Position numbers and translations under genes: made by a program. Shown in pieces: positions 60,368-64,000 of a stretch of DNA of 64,000 nucleotides. The DNA lies in contig NC_068991.1 of NCBI RefSeq assembly GCF_001194135.2, forward strand, positions 8,606,450 to 8,670,449. The letters are read 5' to 3'. Below the pieces are notes generated by a model. That model saw nothing but the letters and a program-made list of their open reading frames with translations, did not search any database and was not told the origin of the DNA. The DNA is from Octopus bimaculoides (Eukaryota). How positions within the stretch are numbered: position 1 is the stretch's first letter; each line of letters opens with the position of its first letter.

Positions 60368-62749
60368 TAATTGTAAATGTGCTTTTTTAGCTGGCCACAA
60401 AATCTGCACTGGAATGGTAAAATGGAAGCAAAAACGAGTAGAAATCACCCAAAGTTATTGAATCAAAAAACACATGAAAACAAGATTTTACACATGTAGA
60501 TTTATTTTATGAAGATATTTCGTACAAAGGGTATTCTAAGAAAAACACTACATTTTAAGAGAACAAAATAAGAACATCTCAAAAAAAAAAAAAAAAAAAA
60601 AAAAAATCTAGCAAAGCAATCTGCTACATTGTCACAATTATTGATCGTTCTTATAGATATTTAATTGTACAGTTCAGGAAATGTATAAAAAAAAAACAAA
60701 TACCCACAAAAGCAAATTTATCAAAGTTTTCTTGAAAATCTTTTAAAAAAATATAGATTTATTTCAATCATTAGAAAATTTTTTTTAAGTTTGTAGAATA
60801 TTCCAAAATAAAGTATGTAAATTTCTTTCGAAAAACTGATTTAGTTGCATTAAATGATTGTTATATGTTCATATCTTGAAGGAGTGGGAAGGAAAAACCA
60901 AAATCATGCACCAAAATGGAAGCCCTTGCAGTGGTAAGTGACTGCATTGGTAGCAGACATATCAGCAACTAGTTCTACCTGATGAATATCCAATAACATC
61001 TTTGAAGATATATTTTTTATTATGCATAAATATTAGCAAAAACTATTTCAGCTTCAGTAAAATATTGGTTGTTTTAAATGAAAAGGTTACTCAACCTAGC
61101 AAGATGCAATAGAAAGAATATCAGAATGGACAAGAATAACCAAAAGTAGATTATGAAAGATTTGAAAGCAATTCTACCAAAGATCGGATGCAGGGCCTTC
61201 CATCATTCTTAGGATAACTGTAAAGGGTTTGTCTATTTAATGGTGTGGTGCTGTTTCAGTCAAAATATAAATCAAATATCTTAATGTTATATTAGAATAT
61301 CTGGTCAAATCAGCTGAGAAATATTTGATCAATTGTGAAAAGTTGTGGTTTTATGAAAATATAATGCCCTGTTGGTTACTTCAAAACATTTCTTCAACAG
61401 ATTATGTTTGATATGTAAATTATGTTCACCACATTAATTTTAACATTTATTAATAATTCTGTTTTACAATAATATTGATATATTGAGTAAAAAAAAACAA
61501 AAAAAACTTCCTTTAATTTTCTTTGGTTTAAAATTTTCCAACATAAATTGAAAGACTAGATGCATTTAATTTCATGTTCAAATTCTGCTCAGATTCACTA
61601 CACATCTACCTGAATATATAAAATTAATTACTGATTGATTAGAGTCATTACAACTGATGATAATCATTCCACTACNNNNNNNNNNNNNNNNNNNNNNNNN
61701 NNNNNNNNNNNNNNNNNNNNNNNNNNNNNNNNNNNNNNNNNNNNNNNNNNNNNNNNNNNNNNNNNNNNNNNNNNNNNNNNNNNNNNNNNNNNNNNNNNNN
61801 NNNNNNNNNNNNNNNNNNNNNNNNNNNNNNNNNNNNNNNNNNNNNNNNNNNNNNNNNNNNNNNNNNNNNNNNNNNNNNNNNNNNNNNNNNNNNNNNNNNN
61901 NNNNNNNNNNNNNNNNNNNNNNNNNNNNNNNNNNNNNNNNNNNNNNNNNNNNNNNNNNNNNNNNNNNNNNNNNNNNNNNNNNNNNNNNNNNNNNNNNNNN
62001 NNNNNNNNNNNNNNNNNNNNNNNNNNNNNNNNNNNNNNNNNNNNNNNNNNNNNNNNNNNNNNNNNNNNNNNNNNNNNNNNNNNNNNNNNNNNNNNNNNNN
62101 NNNNNNNNNNNNNNNNNNNNNNNNNNNNNNNNNNNNNNNNNNNNNNNNNNNNNNNNNNNNNNNNNNNNNNNNNNNNNNNNNNNNNNNNNNNNNNNNATGC
62201 CTGGAAGGGTTTTAGATGAACAAATTGATGCCAGTACAATACCAACTCAGGCTTAACTCTTTAGCATTTAAATTATAGTGTCAGCTGTGATGTGTCTGTA
62301 TTCACATCATTTTAAATTTTTCCAGTATTATTTGTAGCCTTTAGATAAAAATTATCTAAAATTGAACACCACACTGATGATGTGATTGTTTATGTTCAAA
62401 ATGATATTGTATGGTAGGAGTGAGATGTCAGATCTGGCCAGTTTGAATATTAAACATGCAGAATAGTTTGGCTGGATGTGGCTGGTTTAAATGCTAAGGG
62501 GTTAAGTAAACTTGGCTACTGAGAATTAAGTGTCTTTCTTAGCCACAGATACAACATAAGAATAGGTGAGAGAGTACAAATAGCTGACCATGTGATCTGT
62601 ACTCTACAGAAGGCTATAGTAGAAACACTTGCTTAAGGTGTTATGCAACGCATTTGAACTTGAACCACTTCTCAACCATACATTTCGTGCCTTGCCTCAT
62701 GGGAAGCTAAATTCTTTATATACTAAAAAAAGTCTTTTTTGATATTTAC

Positions 62750-62868
62750 ATTTTTAATCCATTCCAGAAGTTGTTTTCTTCCTTTGTCAGCTTGGTCCAT
62801 GTACGTCATTACTATGAAACCAAATATGGAGAGTTCTTTATGCAAAATACTTTTGAAAGGGTAGGGAC
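62750..62868 (-). CDS. PTGR1: PTGR1-like paralog B penultimate coding exon
   Basis: GPYPFKSILHKELSIFGFIVMTYMDQADKGRKQLLEWIKN; paralogous to 52015-52133; last exon probably in gap 61676-62196. Confidence 0.85.
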
Positions 62869-63571
62869 CTGAAGAAAAATAGAAATGAAAATGGTATTAA
62901 TAATAATCCTTCCTACAATGGGTACAAGACCTGAAATTTTGAGGAAGGGCCCAGTCGATTACATCAACCCCAGTGCTCAACTGGTATGTATTTCAACGAC
63001 CCTGAAAGGATGAAAAGCAAAGTCAACTTTGGTGGGATTTGAACTCAGAATGTAAAACAAAAGAAAGGCCACACAACAATATCCAGTGCAATAACAATTC
63101 TGCCATTTTGCCACAATAATAACAATAATAATCCTTTCTACTATAGCCAGAAGGCCTGAACAGTGACACTTGGCCGATTCATCTCAGTTGTTAGAGATGG
63201 GGGAGAGGATAAGTTGATTACATCAACCCCAGTGCATCACTGGTACTTATTTTAATGGTCCCGAAAGGATGAAAGGCAAAGTTGACCTCAGCAGAATTTG
63301 AACTCAGAATGTAATACACTCTGTAAAGCGGTTGGAAGGGCATCCAGTCATGGAAATCATGTGGAAACGGAAACTGGATCTTGACACAGACCTCTTAGCT
63401 GTTGGATGATGTCAAACTGCCCAAGTCCCGGCAATATAGAACATGGAGGTGAAATGATGGTGGTGGTGATGACGAGCAGGATTTCTATAGCAAAATTTAA
63501 ATGTAAAAAAAAAAAAAAATCTTTTAAAAGAGAAATTTAATAAGCAGAAAATAGAGAAAACATCAGGTTAC

Positions 63572-63683
63572 CTTTTAGTGTGTTTTCCTCTCGAACATTA
63601 TATTCAGATATACAACCACAAACGCATACACGGCCATGGCTATTCATATGATTTAAGACAACTGATGAGAAGTGACCACCAAC
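63572..63683 (-). CDS. PTGR1: PTGR1-like paralog B exon (gene continues beyond window)
   Basis: VGGHFSSVVLNHMNSHGRVCVCGCISEYNVREENTLK; intact splice sites; paralogous to 53129-53240. Confidence 0.85.
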
Positions 63684-64000
63684 CTAGAAAACCAAACAGA
63701 ACATTTCATTTAAGTAGTTAATGGTTGCAAAAAAATTTCAAGACAGAAATGAGTCCACAACAACTGCGGTTCATTATCAGCAATGCTGCTATGTAACATT
63801 AGCATTCAGATTATTCTGCCATTGTTTTAAATTAATCATACATTATCTCGTAGCTTTGAAATTTTGACGATGTAATTGTGTTTTTAGTATGTCATCGTTG
63901 AGTAGTTAGTTGTCAGAGGCCAAATCTGGCCAGTTTAAGCATAAAACAGGTACAATATTTGGGCCTCATTAGGCCGGCTTAAATGCTAAAGGTTTAATTG

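Larger units (their letters stand above)
60368..63756. repeat. Direct segmental duplicate of about 50256-53312 (PTGR1 3' half and flank)
   Basis: Collinear, visibly diverged (roughly 85-90% by eye); about 370 bp (50555-50925) and a hAT MITE are present only in copy A. Confidence 0.9.

Overview
Eukaryotic, AT-rich, microsatellite- and SINE-dense genomic DNA with 12 N-gaps. The repeat landscape looks like a coleoid cephalopod, probably Octopus (inference). Two loci face each other tail-to-tail. (1) On + is a KIF27/KIF7-family (kinesin-4) gene. I traced 33 coding exons by GT-AG sites and phase continuity from ATG 4659 to TGA 49090; they sum to 3795 nt, and two further exons are inferred to lie in gaps. 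(2) On - is a prostaglandin reductase 1 (PTGR1)-like gene, ATG 57743, with 7 exons visible down to 52015, plus the 3' exons of a second tandem PTGR1 paralog (62750-63683) that runs off the window. Between the paralogs sits a mariner element (58260-60367) whose transposase core is replaced by host DNA. This includes a 351-bp, 2-mismatch copy of a complete KIF27 exon with both splice sites, from 11.2 kb upstream (Pack-TIR-like exon capture, the most notable feature). Other points: clustered amino-acid divergence between the PTGR1 paralogs, an intronic dead copy of part of KIF27 exon 11, and a KIF27 exon that is open in two frames. Nearly all ORFs in the supplied track are microsatellite or gap artefacts. 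Comparisons to human proteins are from memory and were not computed.
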